The notes beneath the pieces are model-generated. The model was not told the DNA's origin, made no database searches, and saw only the letters and a program-made list of their open reading frames with translations. DNA of 64,000 bases from a virus: positions 50,655 through 114,654 of IMG/VR virus record IMGVR_UViG_3300040801_001572. One strand, given 5' to 3'. A program made the translations under genes and the position numbers. Shown here in pieces: positions 28,864-36,667 of this stretch. Every line of letters begins with the position of its first letter. Within the stretch, counting starts at the first letter, position 1.

Positions 28864-29147
28864 ATGGCTAAAGTTTTGTAAGGCAGCTTGGATAGAAAAC
28901 TTTAGCCCGTGTAGACACCAACTACGCGGTGATGGTAAGGACGGCTTAGTATGAAAGCGCAGAGGTTGAAATCCCTCCCGACTCATACTTTGGCAACCCC
29001 GGCTAGTGCGGTAGCTAGTTCGGTCCAGGTACCCCGGAACTCTATTCGTGAGGACGAATTTTGCGGGATAGAATTTGTCCTTGATTTTTCGGTGGGCGAA
29101 AGGAAATAGGTCCGAGTAGCCCACTTTTAATATTAAGTGCTTTTTGT

Positions 29148-29236
29148 GGTGGCTGTGACGAAATTGGTAGCCGTGCAAGGTTGTGACCCTTGTGTCTGTA
29201 ATGGACGTGGGAGTTCGAGTCTCCTCAGTCACCCCA
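29148..29236 (+). tRNA. tRNA-His(GTG) with long variable arm
   Basis: G-1:C73; CAAGG-ttGTGac-CCTTG; 16-nt V region; CCA. Confidence 0.85.
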
Positions 29237-29311
29237 AAGAGCATTTGTAATACCCCAAGAACTATGTGACCTCAACCTTGGCATATAAATGAATCACATA
29301 GGAGAAATGTT

Positions 29312-29689
29312 ATGATTTACGTAGAAGACTTTCAGTCTTGGGAAGATGTTGAGCAGTGCTTCAACATGAAAGAGGATAATGCAATTCCGTTATACGCTGA
29401 GTATACCTACGAGAACTACGATGGCTCTGCTTTCGTGTTGTATGTTGATCGTCGTGATATGCAGTTGTATGCGGTATACGGAGGACACTGTTCTTGCTAC
29501 GGCTTAGAAGACCAGTGGGATCCTGAGCATATTCCTTGGAATGTATCTGCAGAGATGGTAGGTAAAACTGCTAGCTTAGGTGGATACGAACAGGTTGTTC
29601 TTGACATGATAAACTCAATCGTGGGCTCCGGTTCCGAAGAGGACATCATGCAAGGATTAACTGTGTTCAAACTAAAGCACTCAGTGTAG
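29312..29689 (+). CDS. Conserved phage hypothetical protein
   Basis: YENYDGSA..GGHCSCYGLEDQW motif; SD present. Confidence 0.7.
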   Translation: MIYVEDFQSWEDVEQCFNMKEDNAIPLYAEYTYENYDGSAFVLYVDRRDMQLYAVYGGHCSCYGLEDQWDPEHIPWNVSAEMVGKTASLGGYEQVVLDMINSIVGSGSEEDIMQGLTVFKLKHSV

Positions 29690-29705
29690 GAAACTACACT
29701 GTTTT

Positions 29706-29780
29706 CTCCCGGTCGATTATTGGTTAAATCATCTGCCTTTCAAGCAGAAGCACGGAGTTCGATCCTCCGTCGGGAGACCA
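29706..29780 (+). tRNA. tRNA-Glu(TTC)
   Basis: Cloverleaf; TCTGC-ctTTCaa-GCAGA; CCA. Confidence 0.9.
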
Positions 29781-29783
29781 AAT

Positions 29784-29926
29784 TAGGTAGTATGCTACGA
29801 ACCTCACATGGAGGAGACGCGGATCTACCGAGTCGTTAGAATAGATGATTAGCATGAACCTTGCTCGACCATCTAATAGTTCTAGACTATTAGACTCAAG
29901 CGACTGGATTGCTAGTGTACTACCTA
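29784..29926 (+). ncRNA. Unknown ~143-nt structured RNA
   Basis: 14-bp closing stem TAGGTAGTATGCTA/TAGTGTACTACCTA plus internal helices. Confidence 0.55.
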
Positions 29927-29941
29927 GCGGCGGGCTTATAT

Positions 29942-30029
29942 GTCGTAGTGGACGAATGGTAGAGTCGCCGGGCTTTCACCCCGGAGTTGCGTATGCATGT
30001 TGCGAGTTCGAGTCTCATCTACGATTCCA
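29942..30029 (+). tRNA. tRNA-Glu(TTC)-like with long variable arm
   Basis: CCGGG-ctTTCac-CCCGG; 17-nt V region; U discriminator; CCA. Confidence 0.7.
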
Positions 30030-30051
30030 AACAAGTTTTATAAATAGGTGT

Positions 30052-30711
30052 ATGATCTACATTGTTTATAAAACAACAAATACTGCTAACGGAAAAGAAT
30101 ACATCGGATGCCATAAAACAAAAGACATTGACGATGGCTATTTAGGGTCCGGAAGATTGCTTCGAGAAGCAATAGTTAAATACGGCATAGATTCTTTTCG
30201 TAGAGAGATTATTGCTATATTAGATAGCGAAAAAGAAATGTTTGCGTTAGAAGCAAGTATTGTTGATCGAAATTACGTCGATAGAAACGATACATATAAT
30301 TTAACATTAGGTGGCCATGGAGGATTCTCTCATATATCGAAAGAATCTATGTTAGAGAGAAACTTGCAAATTAATTCACATCGTGATTACGAGTGTGAAC
30401 TTTACAAAGAAAATTTAAAAGCATCTCTTGCTACTGTAGACTACAGCGAAAGAAATAAGCGAAGAAGAGAAACGTTAGTTAATCGATATGGCTGCGTTCC
30501 TTCTTCGTTTAAAGGCAGAGAGCATACTGATGAATCAAAGAAGAAAATTGGTTCGGCAAATTCAAAACACCAGCAAGGCACCGGCAACAGCCAATACGGA
30601 ACTTGTTGGATATACAATTTGCATCTAAAGAAGAATCAGAAAATTCCTAAATGCGATCTTGATGCGTGGCTAGATAAAGGCTGGCACAAAGGTCGTAAGC
30701 TAAAATTTTAG
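30052..30711 (+). CDS. GIY-YIG homing endonuclease
   Basis: IVYKTTNTANGKEYIG, YLGSG, NUMOD3-like HTDESKKKIG. Confidence 0.9.
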   Translation: MIYIVYKTTNTANGKEYIGCHKTKDIDDGYLGSGRLLREAIVKYGIDSFRREIIAILDSEKEMFALEASIVDRNYVDRNDTYNLTLGGHGGFSHISKESMLERNLQINSHRDYECELYKENLKASLATVDYSERNKRRRETLVNRYGCVPSSFKGREHTDESKKKIGSANSKHQQGTGNSQYGTCWIYNLHLKKNQKIPKCDLDAWLDKGWHKGRKLKF

Positions 30712-30782
30712 GGGGTGCCATATGGGATGGACTTTGCACTTGCACTGCGAATGGCGGGGATCGTTACCCCGTTCCTCCACCA
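30711..30782 (+). tRNA. tRNA-Ala(TGC)
   Basis: G3:U70; ctTGCac loop; CCA. Confidence 0.8.
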
Positions 30783-30788
30783 AATTAT

Positions 30789-30865
30789 GCCGATGACGCG
30801 TCCTGGGGGACCAACACGACTGTCTATCGTGTGCATGGCGGGTTCGATTCCCGTCTTCGGCGCCA
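30789..30865 (+). tRNA. tRNA-Asp(GTC)
   Basis: CACGA-ctGTCta-TCGTG; G73; CCA. Confidence 0.8.
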
Positions 30866-30935
30866 AACATGATATGTACTTTTCCGTTAGTCAGCTACTC
30901 CAGTAGCCGAGAAAATGCCTCTATCAACTTTTTAT

Positions 30936-31023
30936 GCCCCGGTAGGCGAATTGGTATAGCCAGCAGGCTGAGAACTTGCGTCCCTCTGTAGACTTGTCGG
31001 TTCGAGTCCGACTCGGGGCACCA
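30936..31023 (+). tRNA. tRNA-Leu(GAG)
   Basis: Cloverleaf with long V arm; CCA. Confidence 0.9.
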
Positions 31024-31076
31024 TCTTCATACTAGTTTATTGTGCTGTACGAAAACTAGTTTATTGTGTTAAAAAT

Positions 31077-31152
31077 GTGTGCGTGACAGAATGGCTAATG
31101 TAGCGGATTGCAACCCCGTTTTTTGCTGGTTCGATTCCAGTCGCACACTCCA
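31077..31152 (+). tRNA. tRNA-Cys(GCA)
   Basis: ttGCAac loop; U73; CCA. Confidence 0.88.
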
Positions 31153-31160
31153 AATTCCAT

Positions 31161-31234
31161 GCCCGGTTAGTTTAATGGAAAAACATCTGTGTTACATACA
31201 GAAGACGTTGGCTCGATTCCAGCACTGGGTACCA
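31161..31234 (+). tRNA. tRNA-Val(TAC)
   Basis: TCTGT-gtTACat-ACAGA; CCA. Confidence 0.88.
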
Positions 31235-31240
31235 AACAAT

Positions 31241-31318
31241 GGGGGGTGAGCTAGTCTGGTGATTCAGCGTCCGCCTGAAGAGCGGAAGAACTTGGTTCGA
31301 TTCCAAGACCCTTCACCA
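31241..31318 (+). tRNA. tRNA-Phe(GAA)
   Basis: TCCGC-ctGAAga-GCGGA; CCA. Confidence 0.85.
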
Positions 31319-31362
31319 AATATAGATATTTCCGACTAAATACAAATTTAGGAGGAGATATC

Positions 31363-31731
31363 ATGGCAGTAAATCAAATACCGAGCAAACATGCTTTTGC
31401 TTTTACAGTAACTGACACCGCTGGTGTAGAACATAAACTTTGGTGGGATCTAGTGCAAAGTGTATATTTTGCATGGGAAACCGGAGTGTTCCTTATACAC
31501 CTAGACGACGGTGTTTACAAGCGTATCGCCGCGGCCGACCTGTACCCAGAATCACAAGCTCCAGAAGGGCGATATGTGAAATTGGTAAACGATTGTCGTA
31601 GTACGTTTAATGAAAAGATTTCTAGCATGTTTCTTACTGCAGAGTTAGGTGAACACCCAGTCGATGACGAAGCATTTGATGCACTAGTCACCGGACTAGT
31701 GTGGGATCCTGAAGCACAACAGTTCAAATAA
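31363..31731 (+). CDS. Hypothetical late protein
   Basis: TAAATA promoter and AGGAGG SD. Confidence 0.7.
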   Translation: MAVNQIPSKHAFAFTVTDTAGVEHKLWWDLVQSVYFAWETGVFLIHLDDGVYKRIAAADLYPESQAPEGRYVKLVNDCRSTFNEKISSMFLTAELGEHPVDDEAFDALVTGLVWDPEAQQFK

Positions 31732-31732
31732 C

Positions 31733-31816
31733 GCGGGCTGCAGGCTAACTGGCGTAGCCGACGGGCTTCCACCCCGTTCCGAAAGGTTCAGAGTTCGATT
31801 CTCTCAGTCCGCTCCA
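31733..31816 (+). tRNA. tRNA-Gly(TCC), 8/4 fold with V arm
   Basis: 8-bp acceptor GCGGGCTG/CAGTCCGC; 4-bp T stem; CCGAAAGG V hairpin; U73; CCA. Confidence 0.8.
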
Positions 31817-31822
31817 ATTTTT

Positions 31823-31896
31823 GCGTGTGTAGTATAATGGTATTATGCTAGGTTGCCAGCTTAGTGATGCAGGTTCGATTCCTGTCACCCGCACCA
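31823..31896 (+). tRNA. tRNA-Gly(GCC)
   Basis: ttGCCag loop; CCA; A discriminator. Confidence 0.85.
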
Positions 31897-31902
31897 AACA
31901 AT

Positions 31903-31973
31903 GGGTCGTTGCTCTGGGAGCAAATTGGATTCCAAACCCAATGAGGAGGGTTCGAAACCTTCACGGCCTGCCA
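31903..31973 (+). tRNA. tRNA-Trp(CCA)
   Basis: ttCCAaa loop; very short D loop; G73; CCA. Confidence 0.8.
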
Positions 31974-32035
31974 ATCATGCACATATAAGTCGGTAGGTAC
32001 GTTGATCCTGACTATATCACTGTGCACTAAATAAT

Positions 32036-32088
32036 GCCCCGGTAGTGTAATGGCCATCACGCTTGACTGTCTATCAGGAAACCGGAGT
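32036..32088 (+). pseudogene. Truncated tRNA-Asp(GTC) 5' fragment
   Basis: Acceptor 5' strand, D arm and CTTGA-ctGTCta-TCAGG intact; breaks at T loop where the HNH promoter begins. Confidence 0.75.
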
Positions 32089-32104
32089 AAAGATAAATAG
32101 TATT

Positions 32105-32812
32105 ATGAATTATACAAGAATTTATAATGCTATTATTTCGAGAGCAAAAATGCGTCCGGTTTTAGAAGGATACGCCGAAAGGCACCACATAATTCCTAGA
32201 TCATTAGGCGGCACAGACGATTTAGATAATCTAGTTATGTTAACAGCCAAGGAGCATTTTATATGCCACCTGCTTTTAGCTAAGATGTACGAGAAAAATT
32301 CTGTGGAATGGCAAAAGATGACCAAGGCATTGATGATGATGCGAGCGTCTGGTAATGCACATGACAGATATACGTCGGCAACATACGAGTATTTTAAAGA
32401 GGCGTTTTCCGAAGCACAGAGTTATGCACAACGAGGCAGTCGAAATAGTAGTTATGGAACTCGATGGATTCACAGTTTAGAATTTAAGCAATCTAAAAAA
32501 ATCTGTAAAAAGGCACCTTTGCCTGATGGCTGGAACGAAGGCAGAATTATTGACTTTGAAAAACATGCCTCTGCTATGATGAAGAAAAAGTTATTAGAAG
32601 ATCAACAAGCAGAATGGGTTGCCAGGTTAGGCATAATATTAGAATATTATAGAGATAACGATATTTCCATCAGGGCGTTGTCGAAAAAGTTTAATGTAAA
32701 CGGTAACATTTATAAGCAGTTTGAAAAATATTACCCAGAAGAATATCGAGATATTGTGATGGATAAGCCTCGCAATAGCAACAAAGGAAAAGGTAGATAT
32801 ATGCCTGCGTAG
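32105..32812 (+). CDS. HNH homing endonuclease
   Basis: ERHHIIPRSLGGTDDLDNLVMLTAKEHFICH. Confidence 0.92.
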   Translation: MNYTRIYNAIISRAKMRPVLEGYAERHHIIPRSLGGTDDLDNLVMLTAKEHFICHLLLAKMYEKNSVEWQKMTKALMMMRASGNAHDRYTSATYEYFKEAFSEAQSYAQRGSRNSSYGTRWIHSLEFKQSKKICKKAPLPDGWNEGRIIDFEKHASAMMKKKLLEDQQAEWVARLGIILEYYRDNDISIRALSKKFNVNGNIYKQFEKYYPEEYRDIVMDKPRNSNKGKGRYMPA

Positions 32813-32878
32813 CTCAATCGGGAGAGCACCGGCCTGTCACGTCGGAGGTAGTGAGATCGAAACTCATCGCAGGCGCCA
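32803..32878 (+). tRNA. tRNA-Asp(GTC)
   Basis: CCGGC-ctGTCac-GTCGG; G73; CCA. Confidence 0.9.
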
Positions 32879-32951
32879 AATTACTTAAACGGAGAATGTA
32901 TGTTCAACACTAGTTAAGCACTTCTTATTCATGGAATAAGGAGGTGCTATT

Positions 32952-33176
32952 ATGAACAGAGCACAATATATGACTCCTGAGCAAAAAGCTCTTTGGGAGT
33001 CCGCTGAAAAGCGTGAGGGTCGCAAGATTAAAAGGACCCACGAGAACTGCCGCAAAATCCTAGGCCGTTACATTACGGTCAAGGACAATGCGGGAAACAA
33101 AACCCGCGTGTTTCGCCCTGGCGTGGCGAGACCTGGCAAGACTGCGCGAGATCGCGCAAGGAGGCGCGGGAAGTAA
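32952..33176 (+). CDS. Small basic protein with hairpin-sequestered RBS
   Basis: AAGGAGGT SD lies in the 3' arm of hairpin 32917-32948. Confidence 0.7.
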   Translation: MNRAQYMTPEQKALWESAEKREGRKIKRTHENCRKILGRYITVKDNAGNKTRVFRPGVARPGKTARDRARRRGK

Positions 33177-33183
33177 AAACAGA

Positions 33184-33274
33184 GGAGGGTGATCCTGTCT
33201 GGGACAGGCGTGGTCTTGAAAACCAATGGAGGGTAGAAATATCCTTGCAGTTCGATTCTAGCCGCCCTCTGCCA
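33184..33274 (+). tRNA. tRNA-Ser(TGA), Sec-like scaffold
   Basis: 8-bp acceptor; 6-bp D stem; ctTGAaa loop; long V arm; G73; CCA. Confidence 0.8.
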
Positions 33275-33277
33275 AAT

Positions 33278-33489
33278 TGCGTCGGTGTCTTCCATGCTTA
33301 ACTTTTAGCGAAGTGAGGGGAGACGAACGTATAGCTTGTACGAACGGTGTCCTAACGCTGCGCCACGTTTCTCGCTATTCGTTAGGTGTCAAGCTTAAGA
33401 AGCGGCCAACAAAACAGGTTATTTCGGGCAGGGCAGAGACGAGCGTAACCCCCGAATGACTTGGGCAGGAGTTGCGACCTGTCGACGCA
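33278..33489 (+). ncRNA. Unknown ~210-nt structured RNA
   Basis: Closing stem TGCGTCGG/TCGACGCA; GC-rich; no credible ORF. Confidence 0.45.
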
Positions 33490-33497
33490 CTTATTAG

Positions 33498-33547
33498 CCG
33501 TCCTGATGATGACTTAGAGGAGTCGAAACACCACATGGTGTAGGCGG
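33498..33547 (+). ncRNA. Hammerhead ribozyme (type I)
   Basis: CCGTC-CTGATGA-t-GACT(tagagg)AGTC-GAA-ACACC(acat)GGTGT-A-GGCGG; GUA cleavage triplet. Confidence 0.85.
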
Positions 33548-33599
33548 AGTAGAAGCGTAACTGTAAATGATAAATAAAGTAGTCGGTAAAGGCTACTTT

Positions 33600-34379
33600 A
33601 TGAATTATGAAAAAATTTACAGTTCTTTAATAGAAAGAAGCAGACATAGAAAACTCTCAGGGTATGTCGAAAGGCACCATGTTGTTCCTAGGTGTCTCGG
33701 TGGAACTGACGACGCTAGTAATATCGTCGAACTCACTCCAGAAGAGCACTATTTGGCTCATCAACTACTAGTCAAAATGTATCCAAAATCTTCGCCTTTA
33801 GTTCGAGCTGCTCAGATGATGGTACCGAACCGCCCTTCTAATAAATTATACGGCTGGGTCAGAAGACGATTTGCTAAAATTCAAAGCGAAACGCAATCCG
33901 GTAGAGGTAATACCCAATTTGGTACTATGTGGATCTTTAATGAGGAACTTAAGGAATCTAAGAAGATACCGGTTAACTCGGAAATACCGAAAGGTTGGGA
34001 AAAAGGCCGAGTTGTAAAATTTGATGAGAAGTTTAGAGAAAGGCGCGAAACTGAGCAGAACAGAAAACCTCGTGTATTATGTTCGGAAAGAGAGAAGAAA
34101 TTAAGACGCATTAAGTCTAAGCATAGAAAAATAAGAAGATCAGAGAAATATATGTCTGCAAAAACAAAAAAACTTTATTTAGAGTTTCTTTCAGCAGATT
34201 TGTCATTAAGAAATTTTGCAAAACAAAAAGGCATAGTGCCGATGACACTTTCTAATTGGTTTAATAAGTATATCGATGAGTATGATATAATACCCAGAAC
34301 CAAAGCAAACAAACAATTAGGGGCGGACGTATCCTTGGGAGATACAACAGGTTGTAACCCTGTCGCGAAGGCTAGGTAG
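33600..34379 (+). CDS. HNH homing endonuclease
   Basis: ERHHVVPRCLGGTDDASNIVELTPEEHYLAH. Confidence 0.92.
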   Translation: MNYEKIYSSLIERSRHRKLSGYVERHHVVPRCLGGTDDASNIVELTPEEHYLAHQLLVKMYPKSSPLVRAAQMMVPNRPSNKLYGWVRRRFAKIQSETQSGRGNTQFGTMWIFNEELKESKKIPVNSEIPKGWEKGRVVKFDEKFRERRETEQNRKPRVLCSEREKKLRRIKSKHRKIRRSEKYMSAKTKKLYLEFLSADLSLRNFAKQKGIVPMTLSNWFNKYIDEYDIIPRTKANKQLGADVSLGDTTGCNPVAKAR

Positions 34380-34403
34380 GTTCGATTCCTACCCGCCCCA
34401 CCA
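34320..34403 (+). tRNA. tRNA-Tyr(GTA)
   Basis: ACAGG-ttGTAac-CCTGT; V arm; CCA. Confidence 0.85.
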
Positions 34404-34443
34404 GATTATTTCGCGGAGTTAACTACTCCGCCACCAAATTTTT

Positions 34444-34538
34444 GCCGGATGGTGTAATTAACAAGCCTCTTTGAAAGCGTAGGTTTAACCTATTTGAATG
34501 CTGAGGAACTGCAGGTATCGAATCCTGCTCCGGCCCCA
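34444..34538 (+). ncRNA. tRNA-like RNA with expanded anticodon arm
   Basis: GCCGGA/TCCGGC acceptor; GCAGG/CCTGC T arm; CCA; no 7-nt anticodon loop. Confidence 0.55.
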
Positions 34539-34557
34539 TTTATTTTATAGAAACAAT

Positions 34558-34631
34558 CTGTGCGTAGCTCAACGGTAGAGTGCTGGCTTTGGAAGCTTGA
34601 GGTGCTGGTTCGACTCCAGTCGCACTGACCA
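34558..34631 (+). tRNA. tRNA-Pro(TGG)
   Basis: ttTGGaa loop; C1:G72; CCA. Confidence 0.85.
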
Positions 34632-34639
34632 AATTCAAA

Positions 34640-34713
34640 CTCCCCTTAGTTCAATGGTAGAACGGTCCGTTTGGGACGGAGTGACGTTGGTTCGATTCCA
34701 ACAGGGGTGACCA
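34640..34713 (+). tRNA. tRNA-Pro(TGG)
   Basis: ttTGGga loop; CCA. Confidence 0.85.
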
Positions 34714-34769
34714 AACATTGCAATAGATCTGTACAAGTGTTAATATTTAATTTTCAGCGAGAATTCACT

Positions 34770-35072
34770 GTGCAAAAAGTTATTGAATTTATTGCAGCAA
34801 ACATCGACACTGTTGACACGTTCTTCTCCTCCAGATTTGATTCTGTTGAGGTAACTGCGATAAGCGCAGATCGTGTTTATGTGAACGTAACTGTATCGGA
34901 CGACGACAAGAAGGCGTTCGGTGAGAAAATGAAGAAGCTCTCGGTGTTTAAAAAGGCATATGTTGAAACAACTGATGTGAACTTTTCCGTCAGCGATATC
35001 TATGACGAAAATTTCGTTGTCCCGAAGGGTGCATTTGACTATAAGACGAAGTATCAAATCTACGAAGTATAA
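34770..35072 (+). CDS. Hypothetical protein
   Basis: GTG start downstream of tRNA; ORF track. Confidence 0.6.
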   Translation: MQKVIEFIAANIDTVDTFFSSRFDSVEVTAISADRVYVNVTVSDDDKKAFGEKMKKLSVFKKAYVETTDVNFSVSDIYDENFVVPKGAFDYKTKYQIYEV

Positions 35073-35104
35073 TTCCGGAGAGTCTAAACACGATAAATAG
35101 CATA

Positions 35105-35605
35105 ATGCGACATTTCGAACTTAGAGAAGCACGTGAACTACCGTGGAACGGTAACATTAATGTTGGCTGGTGGGAAGACCAGTCTAAGCTTACATTATAT
35201 CACGGCACTCATGTCAGCAATGTCGATTCTGTTATCAAGAACGGCTTAAACAAAGCAGACCCCGACACCGGAATGATATCGCTTACACTTGATCCTTTTA
35301 CTGCTCGCGGATATGCAGCAATGCACGGCGGAGAAGCAGAGTTTCGTAAAGCAGGAAACAAAGCACAGCACGTTCCGATGAATCAAAGAGCAGTGTTTGT
35401 GTTCGACATCCCAACAGAATGGATCAAAGCAAATATGGATCCACGGTTCGGAGGTAATGTAGGATCGGCAGCAGGTAAACTGTCCGATCGTGAGCAATAC
35501 GAACAATGGACTGGATCGGATACAGAATACTATCAGCTAACAGAATTTCGAGTTAGCAAAGCAGTACCTCCCCGCTTTATCAAAGGCTACATGCTTACCA
35601 AATAA
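35105..35605 (+). CDS. ADP-ribosyltransferase-fold protein (Tpt1/KptA C-domain-like)
   Basis: LYHGTHVSNVDSVIKNGL, ISLT, terminal VPPRFI. Confidence 0.6.
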   Translation: MRHFELREARELPWNGNINVGWWEDQSKLTLYHGTHVSNVDSVIKNGLNKADPDTGMISLTLDPFTARGYAAMHGGEAEFRKAGNKAQHVPMNQRAVFVFDIPTEWIKANMDPRFGGNVGSAAGKLSDREQYEQWTGSDTEYYQLTEFRVSKAVPPRFIKGYMLTK

Positions 35606-35672
35606 ATTTGCACTTCTAGCTGTACTTTGCTAGACTGTTTTCTACTCAAAAGCTTGACAGCAGGTATACAAA

Positions 35673-36146
35673 ATGCTGAATGATATTGTTATCCATGTCG
35701 GACTAGATCCACTCGGCGACCTAGTTGCCATGCTCAATGGCAATAGTGGAGGAACAGAAAGAATAGCAGAGGGCATATACCAAATTGGTCATTTCAATTT
35801 TAACCATGTGCTCGAGGCTAGTGGTTACCGACTTGAAGAATACCCTAAAGATCTTGTGGATTCCGGCGTTGATGACGATCCTTTTGGCTGGGGGTTTAGT
35901 CCGTACGGTGTGTGCGATGATCCGCAGCAAATACTAGATCGCTGCCCTACACTGCAATCACCGGACAGAGATTTTGTGATATCTGTTACTCCGATTCTAA
36001 AAGAGAATCAGGAAAAACATGGCGGTTGGCGCTGGCATAAATGGGGCGAGTATATCGGTGTTCACGAGATTACTAGCGAGTATCTCTACGATGAGCCAGT
36101 TGTAGAAAAGGTGTACTGCTACCACATTTACGAAATAATAGAATAA
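35673..36146 (+). CDS. Conserved phage hypothetical protein
   Basis: YGVCD...GGWRWHKWGEYIG. Confidence 0.7.
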   Translation: MLNDIVIHVGLDPLGDLVAMLNGNSGGTERIAEGIYQIGHFNFNHVLEASGYRLEEYPKDLVDSGVDDDPFGWGFSPYGVCDDPQQILDRCPTLQSPDRDFVISVTPILKENQEKHGGWRWHKWGEYIGVHEITSEYLYDEPVVEKVYCYHIYEIIE

Positions 36147-36147
36147 T

Positions 36148-36232
36148 TCCAGGGTGCGCAGAGAGGTAATGCAGCCGGCTGTTAACCGGTCGTCGAAAGA
36201 CATCGTTGGTTCGATCCCAACCCCTGGAGCCA
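36148..36232 (+). tRNA. tRNA-Asn(GTT) with long variable arm
   Basis: GCCGG-ctGTTaa-CCGGT; GTC-GAAA-GAC V hairpin; G73; CCA. Confidence 0.85.
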
Positions 36233-36233
36233 A

Positions 36234-36503
36234 TTAACCCCACGGTGCAATTTCTAATTCGACACCGTGTTTTAGTTGTTGTTCGGCACGTTTGCGGACA
36301 GCATCATCCCAGTTTTTAGCAAAAGCATAACCTTTGCCAAATTCGTCCACAATTACGTATTCCTGTTCAGTTACTTCAGGCGGAGTAGGATACCAACGAT
36401 CGGTAATTTCGTCGTAAGTCATGCCTCGGTCTTTTTGTACCTGTGCATGACGCTTCTTTGAAGGAAACTTCACGACGTTTTCGGTTATCTCGGAAACTTT
36501 CAT
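36234..36503 (-). CDS. Hypothetical late protein (MKVSEI...)
   Basis: TAAATA-N5-ATG on minus strand. Confidence 0.65.
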   Translation of the reverse strand: MKVSEITENVVKFPSKKRHAQVQKDRGMTYDEITDRWYPTPPEVTEQEYVIVDEFGKGYAFAKNWDDAVRKRAEQQLKHGVELEIAPWG

Positions 36504-36517
36504 AAATATATTTATCT

Positions 36518-36604
36518 GGAAGGTAAATCAGTCAGGGTACTGAGGGGACCTGCTAAGTCTTTCGTCTGCTTAACGCGGATCTGTTTCGATTACAGTGCCT
36601 TCCG
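36518..36604 (+). tRNA. tRNA-Ser(GCT), 8/4 fold
   Basis: GGAAGGTA/TGCCTTCC acceptor; CTGT/ACAG T stem; no encoded CCA. Confidence 0.8.
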
Positions 36605-36667
36605 CCCTTGGGGCAACATCTGCCCAGTGTACGAATACAAATGCAGTGTGTTCGAATAAATAGTGTT

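Noticed and set aside
28801-29244. 147-aa minus-strand ORF
   Set aside because: Antisense to the terminator, leader and tRNA-His; no RBS or protein features.
29942-30029. Opal suppressor or tRNA-Sec (loop contains TCA)
   Set aside because: The 5-bp stem centres TTC in the 7-nt loop CTTTCAC, so the anticodon is Glu.
29845-30051. N-terminal extensions of endonuclease ORFs in the track (also 32063, 36608, 37757, 58557)
   Set aside because: They run through tRNA or spacer sequence; starts at the TAAATA-N5 codon match the catalytic domain boundary.
31031-31068. Direct repeat ACTAGTTTATTGTG x2
   Set aside because: Only two copies in a spacer; no function supportable.
33184-33274. tRNA-Sec (selC)
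   Set aside because: Scaffold is Sec-like but the anticodon is TGA (Ser), not TCA.
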